A DNA stretch of 63,935 bases, filler included, from Intoshia linei (GCA_001642005.1; 10 parts of 10 records of this genome joined end to end with filler, not necessarily neighbours in it); one strand, 5' to 3'; shown: positions 1-12,582, numbered from the whole stretch's first letter. A program made the numbers and translations. Notes: a model not told the origin generated them from the letters alone.

Positions 1-359
1 TAATTTTTAATATATTATCAACCAATATTTTTCAAATATTTCGATTAAAATCAAGAATTGAAAATGTAAATATTGATCCTACAATTTCAAAAAAAATGTG
101 GATTGTACGTCTACACATTTCCGTAAAGACATATGGGTGAAAATCTATATAATTCATTCCTTTGCAATTTTTAAATTTCAAATTTTCATTTTCAAAAAAT
201 TTTGTAAACTTTAATTAATTTATGGCACTACAGCAACGTAATATAAAATATAAAATTTAATTTATACTTATATATATATATATTATATAAATATATTTTT
301 AAACTTACGACTTGGAAGAGGTATACATGTTTGTACGTAGTACAAAACTGATAATCTAG
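1..359 (+). mobile_element. Non-autonomous Helitron (family A), 3' portion
   Basis: Shares internal sequence with copies at 16021, 22309 and 27423. Ends with the TTTGTAC-GTA-GTACAAA hairpin about 10 nt before CTAG|T. Confidence 0.8.
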
Positions 360-571
360 TATATGATAGAATATATTGTAATACATCAGTGCCACTCAAC
401 CGGTCTTCCGCGGAACATTAATGTTCTCGATAAAATAATCGTGTAGGGTAGTTATACTAATATTTATATGGTTAAAGTGTTTCACCGGTCTACGAGATTA
501 AAAAGGTGCAAAGGCATTGATACACAATATATATTATACATGTATGTTATCAATAATATTGTTTATTTAAG

Positions 572-2103
572 ATAAAACCAATATTCTCAGTTACTTTTCA
601 TTCTGAAATAAAGAATAATAATACGGGAACAATTGAATTGCAAGTTTCTAGCAATTTTCCAAATGGTCTTGTAGCTAGAAATGTCGAAGTTCACATACCA
701 GTACCTTCAGATTGCTATTCACCTCGTTTTAGCAAATTAAAAATTGGCTCAATGAGATATGCTCCAGAACATTGTGAATGTGTTTGGTCTATACCTGTAT
801 TTCATGTAATATTTCATTTATAACAAAGATTTATTTGAAATAAACCATTTATTACTACTACAGAAAAAGTGGGGATAACTAAAAAAAAGTTTGAGGCTGC
901 ATGTAAGCACTGGCATATTTTATACAGTTAAATATTTTGAAAAAAATACAAAATTCATATTTAAAAACTTCACATGAATGCTTTTGAAAATTTTATAAAA
1001 ACTTTTTTGTTTGTATGAGTTGGTTCCAGGCACACTGCTGAAAATTTATCATCAATATTTGTCACAGCTTACACGGATGTTAGCGGGCTATGACCAAAAC
1101 AGTTAAACTTGTTATGTATTACAAAACGTTTACGAAATTAGAAAATTTATAGTATTTACGATTTAATCACAATAATTTCAAGGGATTAATTTTCAGTGCT
1201 ATTTTTCATTTCTGCCTTCTAATAAAATTTTATGGTTCATGTTACCTCTAGCTTAGGTTTACCATACTTTTAATATTTTAATATTAGGAAATTGAATTTG
1301 CACTATAATTTATTGTTTAGGGAGAAACTAATGCAAATATACGCCTGGATATGCAGTTACCTAGCGTTCATTCATCCACATATGAAGACATGAATAGACC
1401 AGTCTCATTTAAATTTCAAGTTAGATTGTATGCATTTTCGGGAATTCGTGTAATATGATTATATTATATGGATATTCGTTGAATTGAACAGATCTATGCA
1501 CCATCAAAAAATGGTGATTCATGTTTAAAAAGGTGTAACAAAACCATAGTATGGTAACGAGACATAACTCACAGTCGGTTTTCCATCACATTTATCGATA
1601 TATCACCTTATAATACTAGATATACAATTATTTTGTCTACAAACCGCCACTACTCTCATCCATCACAATTTATACACATGTGAATATTCACCTCAGGGTC
1701 CATAATCTGCGAAATTGGTTTTTAAACTCATTATTAGCGTAGCCTGCAGGTACCAATTACTTTTTCAGATTTTACTTAAAAATTTTCAGAAATCGTCACA
1801 TATTTATTTTATTTAACACTATGTTTGGTGGCTCTTTTGTATTTATATATTGAAAATGGTGGTCCACGACAAATAAGTTTAGCTGCCTTACATTATATTT
1901 AAATATACATTTTTATCTATTTTTACAAATTACAACTTTACATTATTCTTAAATTATTCATTTACATTACATTTATTCCATTATAATTTATTCAAATTTA
2001 GATAAAAAGGGTAAATTGTAATCAACAAACTTCATACAAATTTATTGCTGCCGTTTATTACGAAACTTGCGGTGGAAATTATGAAGTACGTAGTAGAATT
2101 TAA
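572..2103 (+). CDS. Adaptor protein complex mu subunit (AP-1 mu-like), last three exons 572-805, 1321-1449, 2002-2103
   Basis: Spliced translation ...ARNVEVHIPVPSD...GSMRYAPE..CVWSI...RPVSFKFQVRLYAFSGIR|IKRV...GGNYEVR* matches the mu homology domain. GT-AG phases are consistent. Confidence 0.8.
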
Positions 2104-2320
2104 AAATAAACATTACATGTATGCGTAGTAGAGATTAGAGTTCTTAAAATTCTAAACGTTTTATTTTCTTAAATAAACTGGAACAAACAGATATACATTT
2201 TTAACTAAATTGCTTTATATAACTAAGGATAATACTACATGTACCACTATTAATAAAAACGTAGCCAAAATGTTCAAAAACATCTCTACGATGCAAATTT
2301 TATGATAATGTTTGGTAGAC

Positions 2321-2679
2321 CAGTGGTCCCCGATTGGTGCTCCAAAACTATATAAATCGATATGGGTGAGAATCTCACCGTGAGATTAAAATAAAATTTA
2401 TCTCAAACCCTAGACAATCACTACATCATTATTTTAAAAATCCCATTTTTATCTCATCATGAATAAAATTTAACACTATTTTATAATAATACCATTTCAA
2501 ACCATCAGAGAAAAAACGAATTTTATCGATATTTTTTTTAAAAATCCGAATTTATCAAAAATTATCTAATTTTTATTTTCAAAAATGTTTTATATTTCTT
2601 TTGGGGTCCAAAAGAAATAAATATTTTGTAATAGGGATCCGTAGTACGGACCGTACACTATTTTAATCGGAAACCATTG
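2321..2679. mobile_element. hAT (Charlie/Buster-like) MITE
   Basis: CAGTGGT...ACCATTG termini and imperfect 8-bp TSD (tggtagac/gtgtagac). A related reverse copy lies near 59280-59600. Confidence 0.55.
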
Positions 2680-3043
2680 GTGTAGACGACTGAACTAACA
2701 GACTGTTTTGTATAAGAGACCCTCAAAGGGTCCAACAAATTTTTTGTATAATTAGTGTTCATTTATCTATATCGTTACTGTTTTGTACTGTTAATTTAAA
2801 TTTCACGCCCATACTCATGGAGAGGACGCTAGGGTTTAATGGCATTAATATGTATCATCATACCATGCAAGAATTTTATCAAGGACCAATTTTTATTTTC
2901 GCTACAGAGGTTCGGTCTGTAGATGAATGTGATCAATTATTGGATCTCAAACGGCTAAAAAATAGAATATACGTTTAATGAATCAACCTATCTGTAGCTA
3001 CGCATATTTGTTAAAAATATTTCAATAAGGATTTATTAAAAAT

Positions 3044-5239
3044 TTAATCACCGTAGTTGGTAGAATTACTATGAAATTCATCTGCATCATCTTCATTGTT
3101 ATTCATGAGACCCATGCTAAGAATTTTATCGCTAGGATTATTGATAATAATTTTGCGTATAACTCCTTTAGGACACGATTTTCGGACCAAAATAAATAGA
3201 GAAAATATCAATACAACACCAACAATAAATAAAATAATACTTAGTGTAATGGTTTTCCATATTTTTTTAGAATTCTCTCTACCCCAAAGACTTCTTTTAA
3301 AATCATATATTGAAGTAAATTCAGCAAATTCAATTGAATCACATTTTTTTTTATCTGTAGCTAAATCGTTTTCATTGACCTTGTACTTGTCTTCCTTGCA
3401 ATGCGTCTCATAGAATGATGAACTGTAAACTTTTGAATATCCGTTTGATTTAATTTCATATCTAATGTTTTTATTGCAAGTAATATTGCTGGCTGCCACA
3501 ATGGCATTTTTGGATAATTTGCATGAATTATCTTCGGTTCGATCAAAATTAAAATCACAACTATAATCATTAGTATGACAGGTAACATTAGTATTACGTT
3601 GTGGAATGGCGTCATTAAAAAAGCAAAGTGTTTTATTGGTTCGTTTGTAAACCATGCGTTCATCAGTAGACGGTATAAATGATTCAATGTCGGCTTTATT
3701 ACATTCTTGTATGACACGGTTTAATTTTAAAATTTTTGCCTTAGTTCCAACACGATTTATTGAAAAAAATTGTAAAGATTTATCATCAGTTTCACGTATG
3801 TGTAAATTATAATTAAGTAACCATTTTTCTCGAATATGAAACTTTACTCGGTGCCATGTTTTACCATGTGTAAATGAAAGTTTAAAATGATTTATTACTA
3901 TTGCAATGAATACATACGATTTTGAAGCCATGACTTGGTGTATGATCATTCTATTATTTGATTCAATAGTATCCTCCCAGGTGTGACATCCGTCATAACT
4001 AAAATATGTTGATCCACTATAGAATATCATATTAGATTCTACAATCACTGTTCCAATTGTTTTATAAAGATCCACGAACTCATAATCAAAGTAACATTCA
4101 TTACTCGGAAAATCAATCAATTTCCAGTTATCGCCATTATTGAAAGATATGTAATTCTTACAGTAAAATCTTATAATGTCAATATTGTAATCTTCAGTTC
4201 CAAGTTGCGCCAAACCTATCAATTTTGAATTCTTCTTAATTTCAATATTAATCGGTCGAGCTCTATTACCGAAAACGTCTGTAATAAACACTTCAATATC
4301 AGCTTCGAAATGATTATGATAGCGAATATATTCATAAGACACCGTGTTTAAGTGTTTCATAACAAATATAAGACGATTTCTCAAAGACGTCACTTTTTCT
4401 AATTTAATCTTCGAGGATGCATATTGAGGATTGGTATATTTTCCACCGACAAAATAGATCTCATTAAATTTATCTCCTTGATTATTTGAGCAAAGTTTCA
4501 TCCCTGAAGTTGTCGTGACAATCAATTTATTTCCGCTTTGACGGAAAGTGTCAAATCCGCCAAAAATTCGTGTAAGGGTTGCAGATTTCAAATCAAACCT
4601 AAAGACAATTCTTCGCTTGGTTAAAATAAAAATAGTTTTAGAATTAATTTCTGTTTCAATTGAATATTTAAAAATTTGAGACCATTGAATAGATACAATT
4701 TCATCATCACGTAAATTATTCTTCATGTCAAATGTTTTAAATTCTGTTCTGTCCAAATTGAAAATAATCTTTGTTTGATTGAAACAAACTAACAATGTTA
4801 TGTCTTGAGGTGAGTATATGCAATCAACCTTTTTAAAAAAATTAATTACATCTCTATCAATTTTAAACGGTATATGTTTGAAATTGAAATCCTTTAGTGG
4901 AATAATTACATTAAATTTATTTCCGTGTTCGTCACTTTTACCAACAAAAGCAGTTAAATCATCATATGAATCTTTTAAATTTGTCTCAATCATTTCAGTT
5001 TCTGCCTCGTAAAATTTAATTTTTTTTACAAATTGAACCTGTTTTGGATCAAATTTCGAAATTTCAATGGTTTTCTCTATAGAGTTTATATTTATAAGAA
5101 TATCGAGTTTATTGTTTGACCATGTAAATCTGCTAGTCATTTCTTTCGTATCAACCAAATCTAAACTCAACATTTCCTCAGCATTGTTAAATTGAAAAAT
5201 TGCGAGACCCAGCAAAAATATATAAATTATTTTCCGCAT
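3044..5239 (-). CDS. VPS10-domain (sortilin/SorCS-like) type I membrane receptor, intronless
   Basis: Signal peptide, Asp-box-like motifs SFNNGDNW, SYDGCHTW and SFTHGKTW, Cys-rich 10CC-like region (CHTNDYSCDFNF..C), TM helix and acidic cytosolic tail. Confidence 0.75.
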   Translation of the reverse strand: MRKIIYIFLLGLAIFQFNNAEEMLSLDLVDTKEMTSRFTWSNNKLDILININSIEKTIEISKFDPKQVQFVKKIKFYEAETEMIETNLKDSYDDLTAFVGKSDEHGNKFNVIIPLKDFNFKHIPFKIDRDVINFFKKVDCIYSPQDITLLVCFNQTKIIFNLDRTEFKTFDMKNNLRDDEIVSIQWSQIFKYSIETEINSKTIFILTKRRIVFRFDLKSATLTRIFGGFDTFRQSGNKLIVTTTSGMKLCSNNQGDKFNEIYFVGGKYTNPQYASSKIKLEKVTSLRNRLIFVMKHLNTVSYEYIRYHNHFEADIEVFITDVFGNRARPINIEIKKNSKLIGLAQLGTEDYNIDIIRFYCKNYISFNNGDNWKLIDFPSNECYFDYEFVDLYKTIGTVIVESNMIFYSGSTYFSYDGCHTWEDTIESNNRMIIHQVMASKSYVFIAIVINHFKLSFTHGKTWHRVKFHIREKWLLNYNLHIRETDDKSLQFFSINRVGTKAKILKLNRVIQECNKADIESFIPSTDERMVYKRTNKTLCFFNDAIPQRNTNVTCHTNDYSCDFNFDRTEDNSCKLSKNAIVAASNITCNKNIRYEIKSNGYSKVYSSSFYETHCKEDKYKVNENDLATDKKKCDSIEFAEFTSIYDFKRSLWGRENSKKIWKTITLSIILFIVGVVLIFSLFILVRKSCPKGVIRKIIINNPSDKILSMGLMNNNEDDADEFHSNSTNYGD

Positions 5240-5713
5240 TCAAACTTTATTCAAATATAGATTTTAAATCTTAAACAAATATTTGAAGAATAAACACAAT
5301 TTACGTGTAAAAAATAGTTTATATAGTAAAATGGCATGGATTTGAGAATAAGTGTATAATAAAGTGGACATAATTTCAATATTTATGAATTTCTGATAAG
5401 ACAAGAGCAAAAAGTTTTCGTTTTGATTAGCAGACATAAAATCCAAAATCTTAACAAAATTCAAAAAGTTTATAAGGGTGCTCAAGGGCACAGAATATCA
5501 AATTATTATTTAAATATGCATAGTAAGAGTACTTACTCATATAATCAAAATAATTATAGGAAAGCCAAATAAGGTTAATATTCAATGTTCAATTAATAGT
5601 TTTGAATGTAGAATAACAATTAAATTGTTAAATTTTAATTAATTAACAATGAATTGTAAATAAAATTAAGATTTTTTATTGTGAATTATTTATACATAAT
5701 TATTAAATTTAGT

Positions 5714-6985
5714 CTAAACTCTATTTTCTAAAGTTTTAAAATTTTTGCATGTCGGGACAACGTTATTTATCAATCCAAAAGATCTTTCGGATATCTCATT
5801 GGTGAAAGATATATCCATAAACTGTATAGTTTTATTCCAATGTTTCATTAGGCAACAATACGGTTTGGGGTATTTAGGTGATATTACAGGTCTTAAACAG
5901 TATTCAAGATGTTCCCACAAAGCTATTTTCTGATAATGACATGTAAACTAACAATTGCTCCATATATATGAGATAAAATTACACGCTTCGATCATAATTT
6001 CTGTCCTATCCAAATTTAGAATAAAAACTTTGAGGCAGTAAATTCTTCTAGAATTGCATCTATAATTGGATATATTGCATGGATTCTTGAAATTCATTTT
6101 TGGATCGGAATTATATTTTTTAAATTTTTTATAATCATTTCTCCATTGTCCACTTAGAGTATTTTCATAATCAATATCAATTGTCCCAATATAATTGCTG
6201 TATAACAATGGGACGAATAATTATCACGAATCGCGTTAATAAAAGGATAATGAAATAAGATAATCCAAATAAAATTATAAAAACCTATTTTGTCATTGTC
6301 AATGTGATAATATATATTCAGTACAAATTTAATAAACACTTAATAATATCAACTATCTATAAATAATATCAACGGAGTCAGCACTTTATAAACATATTTC
6401 AGGTGAATTTTACCAATACTGCAAAGGATTGTAATAAATATAAATATGATAATAACAAAGTTGCATTACTTTTAGTAATTCGTTGTTGTAGTCTTAATTT
6501 AAATTTTCAAAATGTTTTGAAAATGATAATTTGATATTGAAAAATTGCGTAGCAATGAAAAAAATTACGAAGGAATGAATTATATAGATTTTTACCCATA
6601 TTTCTTTAATGGAAATGTGTGGACGTTCAATTCACATTTTTTTAAAATTTTAGGATCAACATTTAGATTTTCAATTTTTATTTTACATTTAATTAAAGTT
6701 AATCGAAATAATTAAAAATATTGGTTGATAATATATTAAAAATTAAAAATTTTTGACCGTGAAGGCGTCACTTTTTCAGATTGAAATTTTTTTAAATTCT
6801 AGGGCTGTTTTCATTAAAAAAAAAATGTAATTTGAGATTTTGGCCTTGAAGATATATTTTTTTTAATTTAAATTTATGATGATATTTATGATTTTAAAAT
6901 CCGTATCAGAGTGTATATTTTTTATAAGTTTTCCAACTCGTTTGATTTTCAAAAAAAGGACAATTGGGCTTTTTAACTCGTAAGG
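5714..6985 (-). mobile_element. Helitron family A internal segment continuing into a broken multi-pass membrane-protein-like reading frame
   Basis: 6270-6985 matches other Helitron copies in reverse. 5714-6270 is unique and contains short frameshifted ORFs. Confidence 0.5.
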
Positions 6986-7038
6986 CTTTTTAGAAGACAG
7001 GGCATACTGTTGGTTGGAGACTTAGAGTCTTATAGACG

Positions 7039-7208
7039 TTTTCAATCCTTAAGACTATGTTTTCAGCAATAAGGTTATGTTTGCAATCGATAGGAGCATA
7101 TTTCTATATAGGAGTAGGAGTAAACAATACTCCTATTGATTACAAACATAATTCTATTGATTGCAAACATAATCTTATTGCTGAAAACATAGTCTTAACG
7201 ATTGAAAA
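7039..7208. repeat. Long inverted repeat (fold-back element), ~55-bp arms, running into a gap
   Basis: ttttcaatccttaagactatgttttcagcaataaggttatgtttgcaatcgatag pairs with ctattgattgcaaacataatcttattgctgaaaacatagtcttaacgattgaaaa (3 mismatches). Confidence 0.85.
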
Positions 7209-7308
7209 NNNNNNNNNNNNNNNNNNNNNNNNNNNNNNNNNNNNNNNNNNNNTTAATTAATTAANNNNNNNNNNNNNNNNNNNNNNNNNNNNNNNNNNNN
7301 NNNNNNNN
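7209..7308. other. Assembly linker N44-TTAATTAATTAA-N44; also at 9399, 12483, 31229, 34993, 41456, 55492, 58948 and 62783
   Basis: Identical 100-nt spacers carrying a six-frame stop linker. Confidence 0.95.
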
Positions 7309-7750
7309 ACCAACCGTAAAGGTTTTTTTCGACAACTGAACATTTTGGTTTTCTCATTCTTTGAAATGTTCCCATAATTTCAGGTACATTTGAATTTTTA
7401 TAAAAATCCATCATTTTTGATTTATTTCGCTGGACTGTATAAATGGTACTAGTTGACTTGTTCAATTTGGTCGATATTTCTTTAACTGATATACCTTCAT
7501 TGAGCATTCTAATTATCTCTAATTTTTCGTTTAATGTGATAGTTTTTTTCATTATTTTGAAATTTAAATCAATTTAATTTTATTATTACAATGTCAATAA
7601 TTGCGAGCAATAAAATATTCACTCAAATTCATATCACACTATGTTATGCTTGCATGCATTACGTAAATGCTTATCTAAATAAATCTCTACTAACGAAACA
7701 TTTTCAAAAAGTTATCTACTAAACTTTTCTCTACTAACGAAACTTGACTG
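7309..7750 (-). mobile_element. Tigger/pogo DNA transposon 5' end (HTH_psq/CENP-B N-terminus)
   Basis: MKKTITLNEKLEII...STSTIYTV..RMRKPK..VEKNLYGW. Terminus CAGTCAAGTTTCGTTAGTAGAG is flanked by TA at 7751-7752. 7628-7750 is largely duplicated at 8158-8238. Confidence 0.8.
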
Positions 7751-8583
7751 TATGTAATATTATTATCAATGCGATTGGAGTATACGTCAATTTATAGTTT
7801 TTTTTTCCAAATTTTCAAAGGGGTTTTTAAGATTTTTTAACCAAACTGTAATGTTATCTTGCAATTTTAACAAATTTTTTTTGTGTCTTAAGATACAACT
7901 GTACCATTTGTATTTTTTTGAAATTCTAGGGTTGTTTTCATTTAAAAAAAAATGATAATGTGGGTTTTGATCGTGAAAATTATTTTTTTGAGGTTTCCAT
8001 TTATGATTTTACAAACTATCCCAGAATCTATGATTACATACATTTTAGGACATGTTTCATTTTTAAAACAAAGGGTAATTTGTGGTTTTTTCCATGAAGG
8101 TATGCGTTTCTGAGGCTGAGATTAACGACAATGTTAATGATTTTAAAACGCGTCATNATTCATATCACACTATGTTATGCTTGCATGCATTACGTAAATG
8201 CTTATCTAAATAAATCTCTACTAACGAAACTTGACTATTCATTTATTTTATATTTAATTGTATTAGATTTTTTTGTTTGCATTTTAAATATTGTCGTAAA
8301 CTATTGTGCACACTCTCCAAAAAAAATTTAAGAATTTAGTCCACTCTTTGGAACGAATTTTTTAATTTTTTTTAGATTTGCCTAATAAATTGACACAGTG
8401 TGTACACTAAGATTTAGTGTAAGTATTGCTTGCTAAGTACATAATACAAATAAGTTTGCGTGAAGACGCCATATAATCATACTTTATATAGATGTGCTTA
8501 TATGAAGTCTTCACTACTTGAATGTTATTGTATTTAATTAACAAGCTGGTTTACATTCAATGGAACCCTATTGTTATTTGTAG

Positions 8584-8799
8584 ATCAGTGACTATTTGGC
8601 AATTTTTGTGAAAAACCCCTTTGAAACAATTTTAATGGATATAAACCCAGAAATGACCATGTCGTATATAAGTAGACGAACCTCAAAGTACACGTATTAC
8701 TACTTTGGTTACGATTCCCGTGCATACCTCGCACTCAGCAATTATACGTTGGAAAATAAATGTACATTATTTTCTACACAACTATTGATCAGAAAATAG
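8584..8799 (+). CDS. Divergent ubiquitin-like domain exon lacking the C-terminal GG
   Basis: After a tgtag acceptor: LAIFVKNPFETILMDINPEMTMS...LSNYTLENKCTLFSTQLLIRK*, resembling ubiquitin MQIFVKT...[21 protein letters not shown]. Confidence 0.5.
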   Translation: MSDYLAIFVKNPFETILMDINPEMTMSYISRRTSKYTYYYFGYDSRAYLALSNYTLENKCTLFSTQLLIRK

Positions 8800-9046
8800 G
8801 TTTAAACTAAATTTTAAAGACCGAGAATTTATCTATCATAGATGCATAATAATTGTATACTGCATTATATTGATAATTATCAATTATTTACTTAATCTGT
8901 GATTAATCTAGTGCGACCATAAGTACGAATGTATACAAAAAGTACGAAATGAAAATAACATGATTTCGTACTCCATTTGGTACTAATTAAAACGTGACAA
9001 ATAACAATAACATACTTCAGTAAAAATTTCACTGAATTATATCAAA

Positions 9047-9398
9047 CTACCTTGGCAGTTTTGTACTACGTACAAACAGCAACTAGCTCTGCCGAGGGCA
9101 CTCTTTTATTATACAAAAAAAATAAATTCACGTTAAAAATCTAACTTAAAAATTCTACTATTAACTATTATCAATCCTTTGTTTTGTTTTGTTAACATTT
9201 GCGTAAAGAATTTAAAAAAAATTGTCATCCCATTTTTTTAATTTATTAAACAGAATGTGTATAATATTAAAAATAAAGTAAAAACAGTCCAATCCTAAAA
9301 TTGTCATAAATAGCATAAATTCCAGAAAAAATTATATTAACATTAATTATAAAAACATATTTTGTCATTTTCAATGTGATGACATATATTCAGTATCA
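9047..9398 (-). mobile_element. Helitron family A, 3' end
   Basis: Reverse complement of gtgccctcggcagagctag..tgtttgtacgtagtacaaaac terminus. Confidence 0.8.
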
Positions 9399-9696
9399 NN
9401 NNNNNNNNNNNNNNNNNNNNNNNNNNNNNNNNNNNNNNNNNNTTAATTAATTAANNNNNNNNNNNNNNNNNNNNNNNNNNNNNNNNNNNNNNNNNNNNAT
9501 TTGACTTAGAATCAAAACAATTTTTACGATAATCTGTTCATCGTTAGATATTTAGGAAGGCAAAAAAATATCATTTTGTTGGACAGTGATATATTATAAT
9601 ATTGATACCAACCATATAGCTATATATATTTATATATACATATATTATATGTAAATAAATATTGATATTGATAAGATTATAATAAATGTATATTAC

Positions 9697-12007
9697 TCGC
9701 ATACTTTCCCATCTTGAGATTGCTCTCAGTGGCCGAAAGGCTCTAAAATATTTGAAATTATTAATGTAAAACTTTTATATTCATCTAGCTACGAAAATTA
9801 ATAAAATTTAAGTTTTATTTAAATTACCTCAAAGTACGCAAAGCTCTAAAGGCGTTGACGTTAGAAATACCTATTAAATCTCCAAGCAAAGAAAGAATTG
9901 ATATCTAAACGAATATATCCATATAACACATCATACAATATACAATAATGCATGCATTTAATTTTAATTACAAAAACTATGAAAAAGTCCAATAAGCACC
10001 AAGCATTAGTGAAATAAAAAGTAACACCAAAGCATATCATTTTTAGAATCATTTCAATTATAAATATCACTGTAAACGTTATATCCAAATAATACACAAC
10101 TTTCATGATGACTGGTTTTTTTGATAACTGATTATCTTCGACAATCTAAACGAATATATTTAATTTAGTTAGCAATATTATAATTCGCAATATTATTTAA
10201 CTGTATGTAAATAATCAGAAATTTTTACCAGTAAAATACTACTCATCAAAACAATCATCATTATAAAATAATCCATTTGCTTTGATTTCACGACCAGTTG
10301 TAATTTGGCATAACAAACACCTATTGATTTCCACCGTGATTTTACTTTCTTTTTCTCATCAATTTTAACTGTTTCATTATTTCCTTCTAAATCAATTTGT
10401 AAAATAAAACCCCGCCCCTTAGAAATATAAATCATATATCAAATTCGTCATTTTTTATTTTTATAAATGCATATTACCCAGAATTGTTGATAAATTTGGT
10501 TCATTATGGCAGTCATTCTTTTCAGAATTAGTCTATTAAAATGTATTTATTATTAAATAAAACATAGTACAGTCAGACCTTAGGAAATATTAGTGATGAT
10601 AATGAATATAACCTTACACTACCATTATTTTACATTTTTTCTAATTAATTCTAGTTTCTCTTACTTTATAATCTTTATATATATCCTTATAATTATAAAG
10701 TTCTTACTTTGAAGGCATTATCGAAATGTCTGACTTTATAAAATACTAATTAGGTCTGTAACAAAATATACACATCATAATAATGGAAATACGTTAGTCA
10801 ATCTCTAATTTTAATTTAAAATTAAATTAACTGTTTAATCAATGATATTTTAACTTTTTCGATTATTACTGCCCTAATGATTTTATTAACATTGTAAACT
10901 ATTATCATCTAACTGTTTTTATTAGAAATCACACCAGAAAATAGTTTTTGAATATAATCTCAAAATTAACACACCAAATTTTATTTGTTGTCATCACTGA
11001 TATGCAGTGTAGTTGAATAATGAAAAATATAAAAATAATAATATAATATTAAAAATATAAAAGTATTATAAAAATCAATTCCAATAGTTGTTTTAAAGAC
11101 TGAAGTATTATATGATTACACATCGATATATGTATATTACCTTTCTAACTTGGAATGTTAAACTTTCTGTGCGTATTCTTTTCTTGCAAAAACATTTTTT
11201 CAATAAAATATTAATTTTTCGTTTTATAAAACATAGAAATCTTTTAATATAAAAAATTAAACTTGTGTTTTTAGATTTTTCTTTAGAATTTGGAGGTTTG
11301 CTTATAGAATTATTACTATCGAAAGAGTGAATTAGTAGAGCGAGAAATAGATTTAGTAACTAAATTTAAAACATAAATATAGTTCATAAAATAGTATATC
11401 ATAATTAAAGTATATAATGTACAAAATTGATATGGATTTAAACCGGGAAGGGGTTCCTCACTGTGTAAAAATTTTATTATTTTCACTTATATATATAATT
11501 TTAATTTATATGTTTATATAATATAAATTCACAGTACATAAAGAATTTTGACATTATTTTTATTTGTGTATATTGTTAATTAATTACCACCAAATTTTCA
11601 ATAACTAAAGTTATTAAGAAATAAGGTATACAGTAATATCCATTGTCAATCATACATTCCCACATCAATTCAATCCATTCTCCACACAAAATGCGAAATA
11701 CTATCATAAACGAATGCAAAAAATCGTTAAAGTGCCAATTTTTATTTTCGTTGTAATTTGGAGAACCATATGGAATCAATGATTTTGAACGATTATTTAT
11801 TATAGTTATGTCAGAAGACGGTACACTGTCGCCATAAAAGGACGGTTTTTCAATATTCCCAAATAATTGCATCCCCATCACAGCAAATATAAATATTATT
11901 ATTGCTAATATTATAGTTAGATTTCTTAAAGCTCCCAAAGCCTTTCCAATGATTGATATGAGTAAATTCAAGGTTTGCCACGATTTCGCTAATTTAAATA
12001 TGCGCAA
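9697..12007 (-). CDS. Voltage-gated sodium channel alpha subunit, internal fragment (domain II S4-S6, II-III linker, domain III S1-S4)
   Basis: [77 protein letters not shown]. Multi-exon and truncated by gaps on both sides. Confidence 0.93.
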
Positions 12008-12081
12008 CTAAATTTAGATTAAAAATAAAAATGATGCGAAAATGGTGATAAAAAACCTGAATATAATTCAATCATATACAT

Positions 12082-12482
12082 CAGGCATTCTCAACGGGGC
12101 CCATGAAAATTATATACATTTATTACATATTATAGACATTTTCAGTAACATACATTTCGTTTTTTCTTAACTAACGTCATACTTTCAAAACAAAAGTTAA
12201 TTTTATTTTGTTTGTAGTTAATAAATATTGATAATAACGCAATTAACATTGGAGGTTTCTCGAAAAAAAGAAAGTTAAAATGTATTATTAATAAATATAA
12301 ATTGAACTCAATGGAAATGATTCTTTTGTTTTTTATTGAATTGACAACGCATTGTAGTTTTTGAATGTTTCATATGATCAATTGCATCATATCTTATTAA
12401 TAAGGTAAAAATTTCCAATAGGTTGGTATAAGGATATTGAGTCAATTAGTTCAAACAAATTTAATTATAGTTAAAGTATAAT
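12082..12482. mobile_element. hAT Buster/Charlie-like element end, same family as 60139-60648
   Basis: Starts CAGGCATTCTCAAC and shares the following ~100 bp with the 60139 element. Confidence 0.7.
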
Positions 12483-12582
12483 NNNNNNNNNNNNNNNNNN
12501 NNNNNNNNNNNNNNNNNNNNNNNNNNTTAATTAATTAANNNNNNNNNNNNNNNNNNNNNNNNNNNNNNNNNNNNNNNNNNNN

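Noticed and set aside
7253-7264. Recurrent TTAATTAATTAA palindrome
   Set aside because: Artificial linker embedded in N runs.
8158-8238. Second copy of the Tigger terminus
   Set aside because: It begins at a single N, in the same orientation as 7628-7750, so it is probably an assembly join rather than a paired TIR.
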